Below the pieces are notes generated by a model, which made no database searches, was not told the DNA's origin, and was given only the letters and a program-made list of their open reading frames with translations. Both the position numbers and the translations under genes were made by a program. Shown here piece by piece: positions 56,386 through 63,868 of a stretch of 64,000 bases of DNA. Source of the stretch: Planctomycetota bacterium (GTDB lineage: Bacteria; Planctomycetota; SZUA-567); contig JAISYL010000177.1 of NCBI GenBank assembly GCA_031269935.1, positions 5,433-69,432 of the forward strand, given 5' to 3'. Position 1 is the stretch's first letter. Each line of letters opens with the position of its first letter.

Positions 56386-56590
56386 CGCTTCGTCTCCCCC
56401 GACTCCATGCCATTTCCCGAACAAACCATGGACTCCGGCATTATACCGCCGGTTTCGTTTCAATGGATCGTTTTTTCGTCAGCGCGACCCAAACCGGCGA
56501 CATGGCAAAAAAAACGGCTGCTCTGGAATCGACCCCCATTGCCGAAGGGGAATCGCTTCCCCGGAGGCGGAATTGGATGAACCGGGGGCG

Positions 56591-59500
56591 TTACCCCTCC
56601 GCCAATTTTTCCGCTTCGTCCCGGTCCGGGGGGACCGGCGAGTGGCGCGAGAGGCACGGGGAGGCCTGGATCCGGAAGGGCTCCCCCGGGAATTCCCCCG
56701 ACTTCAGGTAAAACTCGCCGACTCCGAGCCTGCCCACCACTCCCCGCCTTTGCAGGAGGCCCTCCGCCGCCTCGATGGCGGCGGGGGAATTCTGGAGGCC
56801 GAAAAATTGGCTGTGGCAGCTGTTTATCGCCCGGTTGTCCAAGCTTTTCGGCTCCCGGCCGGTCAGGACCAGCCCCATTCCGTACTTCCGCGCCCGGGAG
56901 GCGAACCGGATCGGCGCCTCCTCGCCGGGGGTAGATCCTCCGGAGGGGACGAAGTCCCTCGCCTCGTCGATCACCAACAGGCTCCCCAATCCCCGGGCGG
57001 GATGATCCCGGATCCAGCCGAACAGGGCCATGACCAACTGGCTGACGAAAATCCGCCGCGCCTCCTTCCCGTCCAGGGCGGAAAGGTTCACCACCGACAC
57101 CCGGGTTTTCCCCCCGGCGCCCCGGAAGAGATCGTCGACGGGGTCCGGCCCGCCGGCCGAACGCAGCAGGGGATTGACGGCCAGGGCCCCCCTCAGCTTT
57201 CCGGCCAGATCGGCCCCCCAGCCCGCCGCCCGGGCGCGGTTGATTTCCAGCGCCCCGGAATCCCCGGGGAGGTCGGCCAATATTCCGGCCAGGGTCTCCA
57301 AATCCCCCCCTCCGCGCCTCGCCATCCATTCCAGGCATTTGGCGACCACCCCCGCCCGGGCCTGGTCGGTGTCGCGGAGGGACAGCGGTCCCCGGAGGGC
57401 GGCCAGGGCCAGGGTTGTCGCCTCGGCCAATTCATCCCCGTTTTCCGCCGCCGCCGCCAGGTCCGGAAGCGGGCGAAGGCGCAGGGGATTGCCGCCCGGG
57501 CGGCCGGGAGTCCATATTTTCACCTCGACCCGCCTGAAATAGCGTTCCGCCCGCTCCCGGTCGCCTTCCTCCCAGGCGGCGGGCGGCTCCGGCCAGGGCT
57601 GCCCCAGCCGGGAAAGATCGTTGGCGGAGTCCACCACCACCGAGGGGACTCCCCGGAGGGCGGCCTCCTCCACCAGGCGCCTCACCAGGACGGTCTTGCC
57701 CGAGCCGCCGCCGCCCAGGATGGCGACATGCCTTTTCAGGGCTTCCAGGGGCAAGGCCGCCGGCTCGCCCCGGACCCCGCCCGCCAGCCTTCTTCCCAGC
57801 GGGATCGCCGAAGGCGGCTCCTCCCCCCTCTCCGCCCTCCCCGGGCTTTCCGGAAGCGGGCCGTCCCCGGCCCCGAGGTCGATCAACTGGACCGCCACCT
57901 CCGGGACTTCGGGGGCATCCCCTTCCCCGGCCGGGGGGGGATTCCCGCCCAGGAGCCAGGACAACTCGTCCTTCAGAAAATCGATGCCGTCGAGGGGCCG
58001 GGTTTGCCGCAGCCATTGGCGCCAGTCGCGGGGGAAGCGGCGCTCGACCTCGGCCAGGGCGGCCAGGGAACGGACGGTTTCGTCCGAGGGGCCAATCCAG
58101 ACCCCTCCGGAGCCGGCGAACTGGTCCAGCAATTCCCGGGTTTTGGGGCCGCCGGGAAAGGCCCCGAACCGGATCAAGGCCAATTTCCTGAAGGTAAGGC
58201 GGCTGTCTATCCCGGATTGGGTCATGGCCGCCTTCAGCCGGGTCTGGAAGGCCCGGAAATGGGGATGCAATATCGCCCTGAGCCCCAACTGCCGGTCGCG
58301 TCCGCCGGGCCCGATCGCCTCGAACCTTATCCGGGCGTGGAGAAGGGGGGACTTTCCCTCCCCCCGGCGGCCGTCGCCGTCGTCCACATAGAGGTTCGCC
58401 TCGGTTAGGGCGCCCCGCTGATGGCAAAAAGCCAGGGCGAAACAGGAGAGGGAGCGGCTCCAAAAAACCTCCTCCCGTCCCTTCTCCCGGAGTTTTTCCG
58501 GGTTCGCCGCCGCCTTCGCCTCCAGAAAGATCCGGCTTAGCGAATCCGGGCGGCCGGGCCGGGCCCCGTCCTTCCCGGTTCGGCCGCCCGGATCCGGAAG
58601 GCCGGCCTCCCGCGCCTCCCCGGCGGCCAGGCAACGCTTGACATGCCGGTCGCAAAGCTGCAACACGTCCCGGGGATACCTCCCCCCCAGTCCGTCCAGG
58701 AAGGCGGGCGGAAACGGCCAGGTGGGGTAGGGAGGAACCTTTCCGGTTTTTTCGAAGGCGGGGAGGACCCGCGCGGCCACCAGGCTCCGAATCTGGGTCC
58801 CATCCTCCAGGACAGACAATTTGAAGGGTTCCCGAAACCGGTCCCGGGCGGTCTTGAGCCCGTGGCCGGTCAGAATCCCCCACGAGTCGAAAAGGCAGGA
58901 CAGCACCACCAGGCAATTGCGGGTAAGGTCGGGGAGGGAGACGAGGCCGGCGCAAATCCCGGCGACGATACCCCGGGCGGTTTGGGCCTCCCCGGCCCCG
59001 GAACCGCCTTCGGGAAGGAGGGGCGGCTTGACGATGCCGTCAAGCTGGTCCAGGGCGAACACGGAAAAGCCGCCGTCCAGGGACATGAGCCAGGACAGCC
59101 CGGCGATCACCGCCTTCGCCTCGCCGCCGGCCTGGCGGAAGCCGAGGGAGCTGGCCGTCTCCGCCTCCAGGGGCGGGCCCTGGAGCCATTGGCGCCCGCA
59201 TTCGGAAATGTCCAGATCGCCGGAGGCCAGCAGAAACAGGGCCCGGATCACGTCCCGGTATTCCCGGGCCTGGTCCCGGTAAAGCCCGAACAGGCCCTTC
59301 ACCGTCCGGTCGGCCGCCCCGGCCAAATCGTCCCGGAACAGGGTGGGGACGGCTTCGGGATCGACCCCGGCCCGGGAAGCGGCGGCGATTTTCGCGATCA
59401 GGCGCGGCAACTGTGGGTTTTCGACCGGCCGGGAAAGGGAGCGGACGGCGTGGAGGAGCAGGGTGTCCCAGAAATCCTTGACCCCGGTCATGTCGACCAG

Positions 59501-59752
59501 GACGAAGAAGCCCTTCCCGGCCAGGGTCTCCCGGCGAAACGACCCCAGGATATGGGTTTTCCCCGACCCGCCCAGGCCGGTCACCACCCAGCCGAGGGGG
59601 GAGGACGCCCTTCGGGGAAGCTCGGCCGCGGCCTTGGCGAAGTGGCCGCGGATATCCCGGTTGATTTCCGGGAGGTCGGCCGAATCGCCGCCCCAAACCT
59701 CGTCGAGGCGCCTTACCCAGTCGAAATCCATCGCCTCCAGGACATCCAGCAT
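56591..59752 (-). CDS. 1053-aa dual P-loop protein: N-terminal Orc/STAND-like ATPase fused to C-terminal HerA/FtsK-like (DUF87-type) ATPase
   Basis: Walker A GLGGSGKTH (aa 59-67) with VFALDQLD (231-238). Second Walker A LGGGGSGKT (679-687), Walker B LLVIDEARDF (925-934) and GMGLVLTGREPKSLDNRAINSCHSQFFG. No nuclease or other effector motif seen. Confidence 0.7.
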   Translation of the reverse strand: MLDVLEAMDFDWVRRLDEVWGGDSADLPEINRDIRGHFAKAAAELPRRASSPLGWVVTGLGGSGKTHILGSFRRETLAGKGFFVLVDMTGVKDFWDTLLLHAVRSLSRPVENPQLPRLIAKIAAASRAGVDPEAVPTLFRDDLAGAADRTVKGLFGLYRDQAREYRDVIRALFLLASGDLDISECGRQWLQGPPLEAETASSLGFRQAGGEAKAVIAGLSWLMSLDGGFSVFALDQLDGIVKPPLLPEGGSGAGEAQTARGIVAGICAGLVSLPDLTRNCLVVLSCLFDSWGILTGHGLKTARDRFREPFKLSVLEDGTQIRSLVAARVLPAFEKTGKVPPYPTWPFPPAFLDGLGGRYPRDVLQLCDRHVKRCLAAGEAREAGLPDPGGRTGKDGARPGRPDSLSRIFLEAKAAANPEKLREKGREEVFWSRSLSCFALAFCHQRGALTEANLYVDDGDGRRGEGKSPLLHARIRFEAIGPGGRDRQLGLRAILHPHFRAFQTRLKAAMTQSGIDSRLTFRKLALIRFGAFPGGPKTRELLDQFAGSGGVWIGPSDETVRSLAALAEVERRFPRDWRQWLRQTRPLDGIDFLKDELSWLLGGNPPPAGEGDAPEVPEVAVQLIDLGAGDGPLPESPGRAERGEEPPSAIPLGRRLAGGVRGEPAALPLEALKRHVAILGGGGSGKTVLVRRLVEEAALRGVPSVVVDSANDLSRLGQPWPEPPAAWEEGDRERAERYFRRVEVKIWTPGRPGGNPLRLRPLPDLAAAAENGDELAEATTLALAALRGPLSLRDTDQARAGVVAKCLEWMARRGGGDLETLAGILADLPGDSGALEINRARAAGWGADLAGKLRGALAVNPLLRSAGGPDPVDDLFRGAGGKTRVSVVNLSALDGKEARRIFVSQLVMALFGWIRDHPARGLGSLLVIDEARDFVPSGGSTPGEEAPIRFASRARKYGMGLVLTGREPKSLDNRAINSCHSQFFGLQNSPAAIEAAEGLLQRRGVVGRLGVGEFYLKSGEFPGEPFRIQASPCLSRHSPVPPDRDEAEKLAEG

Positions 59753-59762
59753 TCCCCGCCCC

Positions 59763-60386
59763 TTACTTGATTAGCGCGGTATAGACGTTCCTTCCCCCCA
59801 CCTCCAGCGCCGCCGCCTCGTCCTCCGGGGTTGTCCGGGAGGGATCGTCGAACGAATAGAGGACGATTTTCCCCTCCCTTTGCCAGGAACGGAGCGTTTC
59901 GTCCAGGGCTTCCCGGGGAACGCCGGCCAATTCCTCCCGCAAGTCGCGGAGCCGGATTCCTCCGTCCGGAAGGCGCCGCCCCTCCCAGGCCCGGAAAAAG
60001 CGCCGCCATAATTCCCCCTCCCCGAGGGCGGGGGCGGGAAGGGGAAAAACCTCGGACAGCCGGATTCCCCGCGCCCGCATCAGCCGGTCCAGGGCTTTCA
60101 GGACCTCCCCCAGGATCGGCCCGGCGGCGTGGCCGCGCGTCTCCAGGGGATCGCCCAGGCGCTCGGACAGGAAGCGCCAAGCGTGATCGGTAAGTTCCAG
60201 GAGGATTTGCGGGCGGATGGCCTTGACCCGGATCAGGTCAAGCTCCAGGTAGGCCAGCCGGTGCCTTTTTTCCATGGCCGGGCGGATTTCCCCCTGCCGG
60301 GCCTCGCCCCCGTGGACGAGCAGGTACCAAAGGCGCAGCAAATCCGGCGGCTTCAATCCGGCTTCCTTCGCCAGTTCGCCTTCCAT
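59763..60386 (-). CDS. Winged-helix-like protein, first gene of the ATPase operon
   Basis: 207 aa with helix-rich halves LLRLWYLLVHGGEARQGEI and IRLRDLREELAGVPREALDETLRSWQREGKIVLYSF. The stop lies 10 nt before the ATPase ATG. Confidence 0.6.
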   Translation of the reverse strand: MEGELAKEAGLKPPDLLRLWYLLVHGGEARQGEIRPAMEKRHRLAYLELDLIRVKAIRPQILLELTDHAWRFLSERLGDPLETRGHAAGPILGEVLKALDRLMRARGIRLSEVFPLPAPALGEGELWRRFFRAWEGRRLPDGGIRLRDLREELAGVPREALDETLRSWQREGKIVLYSFDDPSRTTPEDEAAALEVGGRNVYTALIK

Positions 60387-60596
60387 CTTTATTTTCCCGG
60401 TTCGTTCCTTTTTAAGTTATTTTTGGGCGGACCCTAAGCTGGATTCCAACCGCCGGAGAAATACGCCTTTTCCTCACCCGCCTTGGGGTCATTTTACCAC
60501 AAAAGGAGATTGCGCCAATATCGAAATGGTTTTGATCGGGCTTTTCAATTAGACGGCAAGTATCCGCCGTCCCTTTCCCCGGATCATTTGAAAACA

Positions 60597-61187
60597 CTAT
60601 GGGATAACCATAATTGGGTTCTCTCGCCATTCTTGTGTCGCGTATGTATACCGAATTGCGAGCCGACCGCCAAGGCCGGGAAAAAAACCGCGAAATATGT
60701 CGCTCAATTCACGGACGCTTCGGGAATGGTCCGGCGGGTTCCCGCTTTCCCGAACCGGCAAGATGTTTGCCGGCATGTGGAAGGGCAAGGACGCGGAAAT
60801 GATTCGGCGCGACATGAAAGCCGCCGGAATACCGGGAAGGGATGAAGCCGGGCAATCGCGGGACTTCGGATTTACCCGCGAATCAAAAGGATGGAGTGGT
60901 TCGAATACGGAGTGGGCGGAATTTTGACGAATCGAACAGGGAAAATTTGCCGCTCGGACAAGAGGAAAAGAATGCAAGAATTCTCGGGACGGCTCCGCTT
61001 CGGCCAGCATCTTCCTCAATTCTTCCGGCGAGAGCATGACGGTCTCGCCGTCCTTTCGGGAAACCATCGGCACGCCCGCCTGAATATGCCGCTTCATGGC
61101 CTCGTGCGCTCCGCGCCGCATGGCGTCCCTAACCGGCTCGCCCTGGGCAATCAGGGCATCAATATCGACGACTCTGTTTTCAGCCAT
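60597..61187 (-). CDS. ORF overlapping the zeta-like pseudogene stop; only the first ~65 aa look protein-like
   Basis: MAENRVVDIDALIAQGEPVRDAMRRGAHEAMKRHIQAGVPMVSRKDGETVMLSPEELRKML looks coding. The rest runs antisense through the integrase remnant and looks non-coding. ATGGCTGA overlap with the upstream ORF. Confidence 0.3.
   Translation of the reverse strand: MAENRVVDIDALIAQGEPVRDAMRRGAHEAMKRHIQAGVPMVSRKDGETVMLSPEELRKMLAEAEPSREFLHSFPLVRAANFPCSIRQNSAHSVFEPLHPFDSRVNPKSRDCPASSLPGIPAAFMSRRIISASLPFHMPANILPVRESGNPPDHSRSVRELSDIFRGFFPGLGGRLAIRYTYATQEWRENPIMVIP
60650..60927 (+). pseudogene. Remnant of a tyrosine recombinase/phage integrase
   Basis: Two frames carry integrase-like fragments. KAGKKTAKYVAQFTDASGMVRRVPAF resembles N-terminal arm-binding regions. 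DAEMIRRDMKAAGIPGRDEAGQSRDFGFTR resembles the ...AGIP..D..G...DFH.LR catalytic-domain block. Over 80 percent of a normal gene is missing. Confidence 0.35.
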
Positions 61188-61590
61188 TGGCGAAATCCGC
61201 TTTCAGTTTTTCAAAACGCTCCGCACCAGCCACGCAAATAGTATAGCCGTCGCTCTCCGCGATGCCCACTGGCTTGCCGGGAGTCGAGTTGTCGTATATT
61301 TTCCAGGACGACACAACCGGCATGTACAATTGGAAAAGATTCTTCAAACCAGCCGCAAACCGCCTTCGAATGACCGTCTCATCGATGGCATGGCCACCGA
61401 GCCCGACCCGGGTGGCAGCCCGGTTGATGGCGAAATCCGCATCCGGAAGGGTCAAAAACACCAGGTGCGCACGGTGCCCTGATTCCCGCAATCAAGCCGG
61501 CCAGGGCGCGAATGACCGCGATGCGAGCGTCGTCTCGAAGAAAATCAAACGGTGGTTCGTTTGATTTCCTTTAGATGCGACCTCAGGAAA
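61180..61590 (-). pseudogene. Zeta-toxin/COG4185-type P-loop kinase pseudogene (N-terminus lost, in-frame TGA)
   Basis: Hand translation gives ...RLIFFETTLASRSFAPWPA*LRESGHRAHLVFLTLPDADFAINRAATRVGLGGHAIDETVIRRRFAAGLKNLFQLY...WKIYDNS. The stop is TGA at 61492-61494. No Walker A is found upstream. Confidence 0.55.
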
Positions 61591-61610
61591 TTCACCGCTT
61601 CCACCGGAAA

Positions 61611-61745
61611 ATGAGCGATGCCGAATTGAATGCCCTGATTGCCGAAGGGGAAAAGGAATCGGGCGATCCTGGAATCGAGGCGCAGTTGCGGGAAATGGAT
61701 GATGATAAATTATGTATCCTTATTCTGGAAGGGGAACGGGCATGA
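61611..61745 (+). CDS. Small ORF (44 aa), hypothetical
   Basis: MSDAELNALIAEGEKESGDPGIEAQLREMDDDKLCILILEGERA. Its stop overlaps the next ATG (ATGA). Confidence 0.3.
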   Translation: MSDAELNALIAEGEKESGDPGIEAQLREMDDDKLCILILEGERA

Positions 61746-61957
61746 ATCTTGCGGCCAGGGTTGAACGATTGGAAGACTCGGCGGGGCATGACCGCGAAGG
61801 CATTCCTCCCATCATGCTTGATTTCATCGAGCCGGTCCTGGGCGAAGACGGGATGATGCGTCCGGGGAGATGCGCGGGCCATTTGCGGCTGGCTTTCGGC
61901 GAGCCGCCGCGATGGTTCGACGCAGACATGAATCCGATTCCCCGATGCCCGGCATAG
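61742..61957 (+). CDS. Small ORF (71 aa), hypothetical
   Basis: MNLAARVERLEDSAGHDREGIPPIMLDFIEPVLGEDG... Followed by two hairpins and a T-run. Confidence 0.3.
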   Translation: MNLAARVERLEDSAGHDREGIPPIMLDFIEPVLGEDGMMRPGRCAGHLRLAFGEPPRWFDADMNPIPRCPA

Positions 61958-62001
61958 CCGCATTACCCTTACGATTGATGAGGGTAATTCCGGCAATGGC
62001 T

Positions 62002-62033
62002 TCCCGCCCTTTCACCGGGGCGGGATTTTTTTT
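62002..62033 (+). terminator. Intrinsic terminator
   Basis: tcccgccc (62002-62009) pairs with gggcggga (62018-62025), followed by T8 (62026-62033). It is preceded by the hairpin attaccct/agggtaat. Confidence 0.7.
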
Positions 62034-62114
62034 CGAGGAGCCAACGCGCAATCGGCGTGTTGTCATATAGATGCGTTTGAATGCGACGGGGCGGGGAGTT
62101 TTCGAAAGCAATAA

Positions 62115-62142
62115 TTGACATATTTGCTAATAAGTATATAAT
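62115..62142 (+). promoter_or_regulatory. Sigma70-like promoter for higBA
   Basis: TTGACA (62115-62120), 16-nt spacer, TATAAT (62137-62142). AGGAGG at 62152-62157 precedes ATG 62164. Confidence 0.6.
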
Positions 62143-62163
62143 CTTGTTATCAGGAGGCGGGAT

Positions 62164-62442
62164 ATGATCAAATCATTCGGTTGCTCCAGGACGGAAGCCA
62201 TTTTCAATAATGAGCGCGTCAAAGAATTTCCGACAGGCATAATCAGGTCCGCCCATCGGAAACTGTTGCGATTGGAAGTCGCTCCTAGTCTTAACTATTT
62301 GAGTGTTCCCGCCGCGAACAGGCTGGAGAAATTGAAGGGCGATTTGGCCGGGTATTGGTCCATTCGCATCAATAGCCAATACAGAATAATTTTCCAGTGG
62401 GACGGCGATGCCCACGATGTCAAGATTGTCGATTACCATTGA
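62164..62442 (+). CDS. higB: HigB-type (RelE/ParE superfamily) toxin
   Basis: 92 aa. NRLEKLKGDLAGYWSIRINSQYRIIFQWDGD.AHDVKIVDYH is the plasmid-maintenance killer HigB signature. Confidence 0.85.
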   Translation: MIKSFGCSRTEAIFNNERVKEFPTGIIRSAHRKLLRLEVAPSLNYLSVPAANRLEKLKGDLAGYWSIRINSQYRIIFQWDGDAHDVKIVDYH

Positions 62443-62453
62443 GAGGATTGGCA

Positions 62454-62777
62454 ATGATTCCAAAAAAGGGAGTCACCCCGCATCCCGGCGAAATGTTGTC
62501 CGAAGAATTTTTGAAGCCGATGGGGATTACACAGGCTGCGTTTGCCCATCATATCCGAGTTGATGTCGCCACTTTGTCGGCGGTGATAAATGGCCGACGG
62601 GACATGACGCCGGCCATGATCATGAAAATCAGCATGGCGCTTGGCGTCGAGCCTGAAACTTGGCTGCGGATCCAATCCATGCACGATTTCACCAGGACCC
62701 GCGAAGCGCTTCGGGCAAAACGTCAACTGCCGAAAATCAAGCAGATGAAGGAATCGCTGGAACTGGTCGAGGCATGA
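62454..62777 (+). CDS. higA: HigA-type HTH antitoxin
   Basis: Start moved to MIPKKG. HPGEMLSEEFLKPMGITQAAFAHHIRVDVATLSAVINGRRDMTPAMIMKISMALGVEPETWLRIQ. Confidence 0.85.
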   Translation: MIPKKGVTPHPGEMLSEEFLKPMGITQAAFAHHIRVDVATLSAVINGRRDMTPAMIMKISMALGVEPETWLRIQSMHDFTRTREALRAKRQLPKIKQMKESLELVEA

Positions 62778-63094
62778 TGCCCCCGCCAATGCCTCACAAG
62801 CGCCCCGGGAACGCAACGGATTCTCCGGGAAGGAAATCCTTGGCTTGTCGGCCGAACGGCCTTAGAACGTCTTTATTCGCCCCGTTTGGTCGCGGAATTA
62901 CTCCCGACCCCGAAGGGAGGAGGCGACGGACGGCCCATTATGGTATCGGCCAAGACGGCCGGAGAATCGAAGGGAAGCGCCATGTTGAAAAAAGAATCGC
63001 CCGAATGCTTCGCCCATATCGCGAATGCCCGCCAGGATTGCCTGGCTTTGCCTTACGCGGCTTCGAACGAAGACAAGGCGGAATAATTCGCCCG

Positions 63095-63775
63095 ATGAAT
63101 CAACTAGACGGAAAATATACCGGCCATTCGATTCGCGATCTTTTTTTGAAGACACGTTCTTTTACGGCAACGCTGTCGTATCTCATCGAAATCGAGAAAA
63201 TTGAATCCATCGAAACACGAAAATCGAAATTCCTTTATCTGTTGAAAGCATTCCTACACGACTTCAATCACGTCTATTCGCTGTCAAATATTGTTAACGA
63301 AAAAACGGAAATCGAGGCGTCCGCCTGGAAAACAATTAAACTTTTTACCGACCAGAATGATGTATTTTCCTTCAAGAATGCCGGCATGATTCTGGAACAG
63401 TATTTTTCAGCCAAGAAATTCAATGAGCTTGTGGCTTGGATCGATTCTGAATTATCGCGTCTCCCGCCATTACCAAAATTGAATGCCGCACCCATCGCCG
63501 ATGGGGGCGCCAAGCCTGGGGCCGAGGCCGCGCCCGACAAGGAGGACACCGATTCGAAAGAAACAGAACTGGTGCCCGGCAACTTGGATGAAGACGGTTA
63601 TTTCACTCCGGTCGCAATCGCAAAGAGATACGGCCTTGCGACGGATATGGTTCGGAAACGACTGGACAAGTATCGGAAGAACAACGATCTTGGATGGCAA
63701 GAGAACGCAAACAGGAGGCCGAGGGAATCAATGTTCCTATATCAATGGCGAGCAATCAAACACCTTTTCGAATAA
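63095..63775 (+). CDS. Hypothetical protein, AT-rich, possible C-terminal DNA-binding helix-turn-helix
   Basis: Start moved to MNQLDGKYTG; the first 145 codons of ORF 62660..63775 overlap higA out of frame. The C-terminus is YFTPVAIAKRYGLATDMVRKRLDKYRK. No family recognised. Confidence 0.5.
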   Translation: MNQLDGKYTGHSIRDLFLKTRSFTATLSYLIEIEKIESIETRKSKFLYLLKAFLHDFNHVYSLSNIVNEKTEIEASAWKTIKLFTDQNDVFSFKNAGMILEQYFSAKKFNELVAWIDSELSRLPPLPKLNAAPIADGGAKPGAEAAPDKEDTDSKETELVPGNLDEDGYFTPVAIAKRYGLATDMVRKRLDKYRKNNDLGWQENANRRPRESMFLYQWRAIKHLFE

Positions 63776-63833
63776 TTTTTTGGCTGGAAAAATTCCAGCT
63801 AAATTCCAGCGAACATTTTTTTGAAGTTTTTTT

Positions 63834-63868
63834 GCCCGTCAAACAAGGCTTGACGGGCTTTTCATTTT
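63834..63868 (+). terminator. Intrinsic terminator
   Basis: gcccgtcaa (63834-63842) pairs with ttgacgggc (63850-63858) around a 7-nt loop, followed by ttttcatttt. Confidence 0.7.

Noticed and set aside
56135-58955. Long alternative-frame ORFs (56135..58408 +, 57432..58955 -, 58643..59770 +) over the dual-ATPase gene
   Set aside because: Only the 56591..59752 minus frame carries the Walker motifs and protein-like composition. The others are Pro/Gly/Arg-rich shadows.
61489-61494. In-frame TGA in the zeta-like gene as recoding or selenocysteine
   Set aside because: No SECIS-like hairpin immediately downstream, the protein family has no known selenoproteins, and the gene also lacks its P-loop N-terminus. 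A pseudogene is the simpler explanation.
62660-63094. N-terminal 145 codons of ORF 62660..63775
   Set aside because: They overlap higA out of frame and look non-coding. The start was moved to ATG 63095, where composition and sequence become protein-like.
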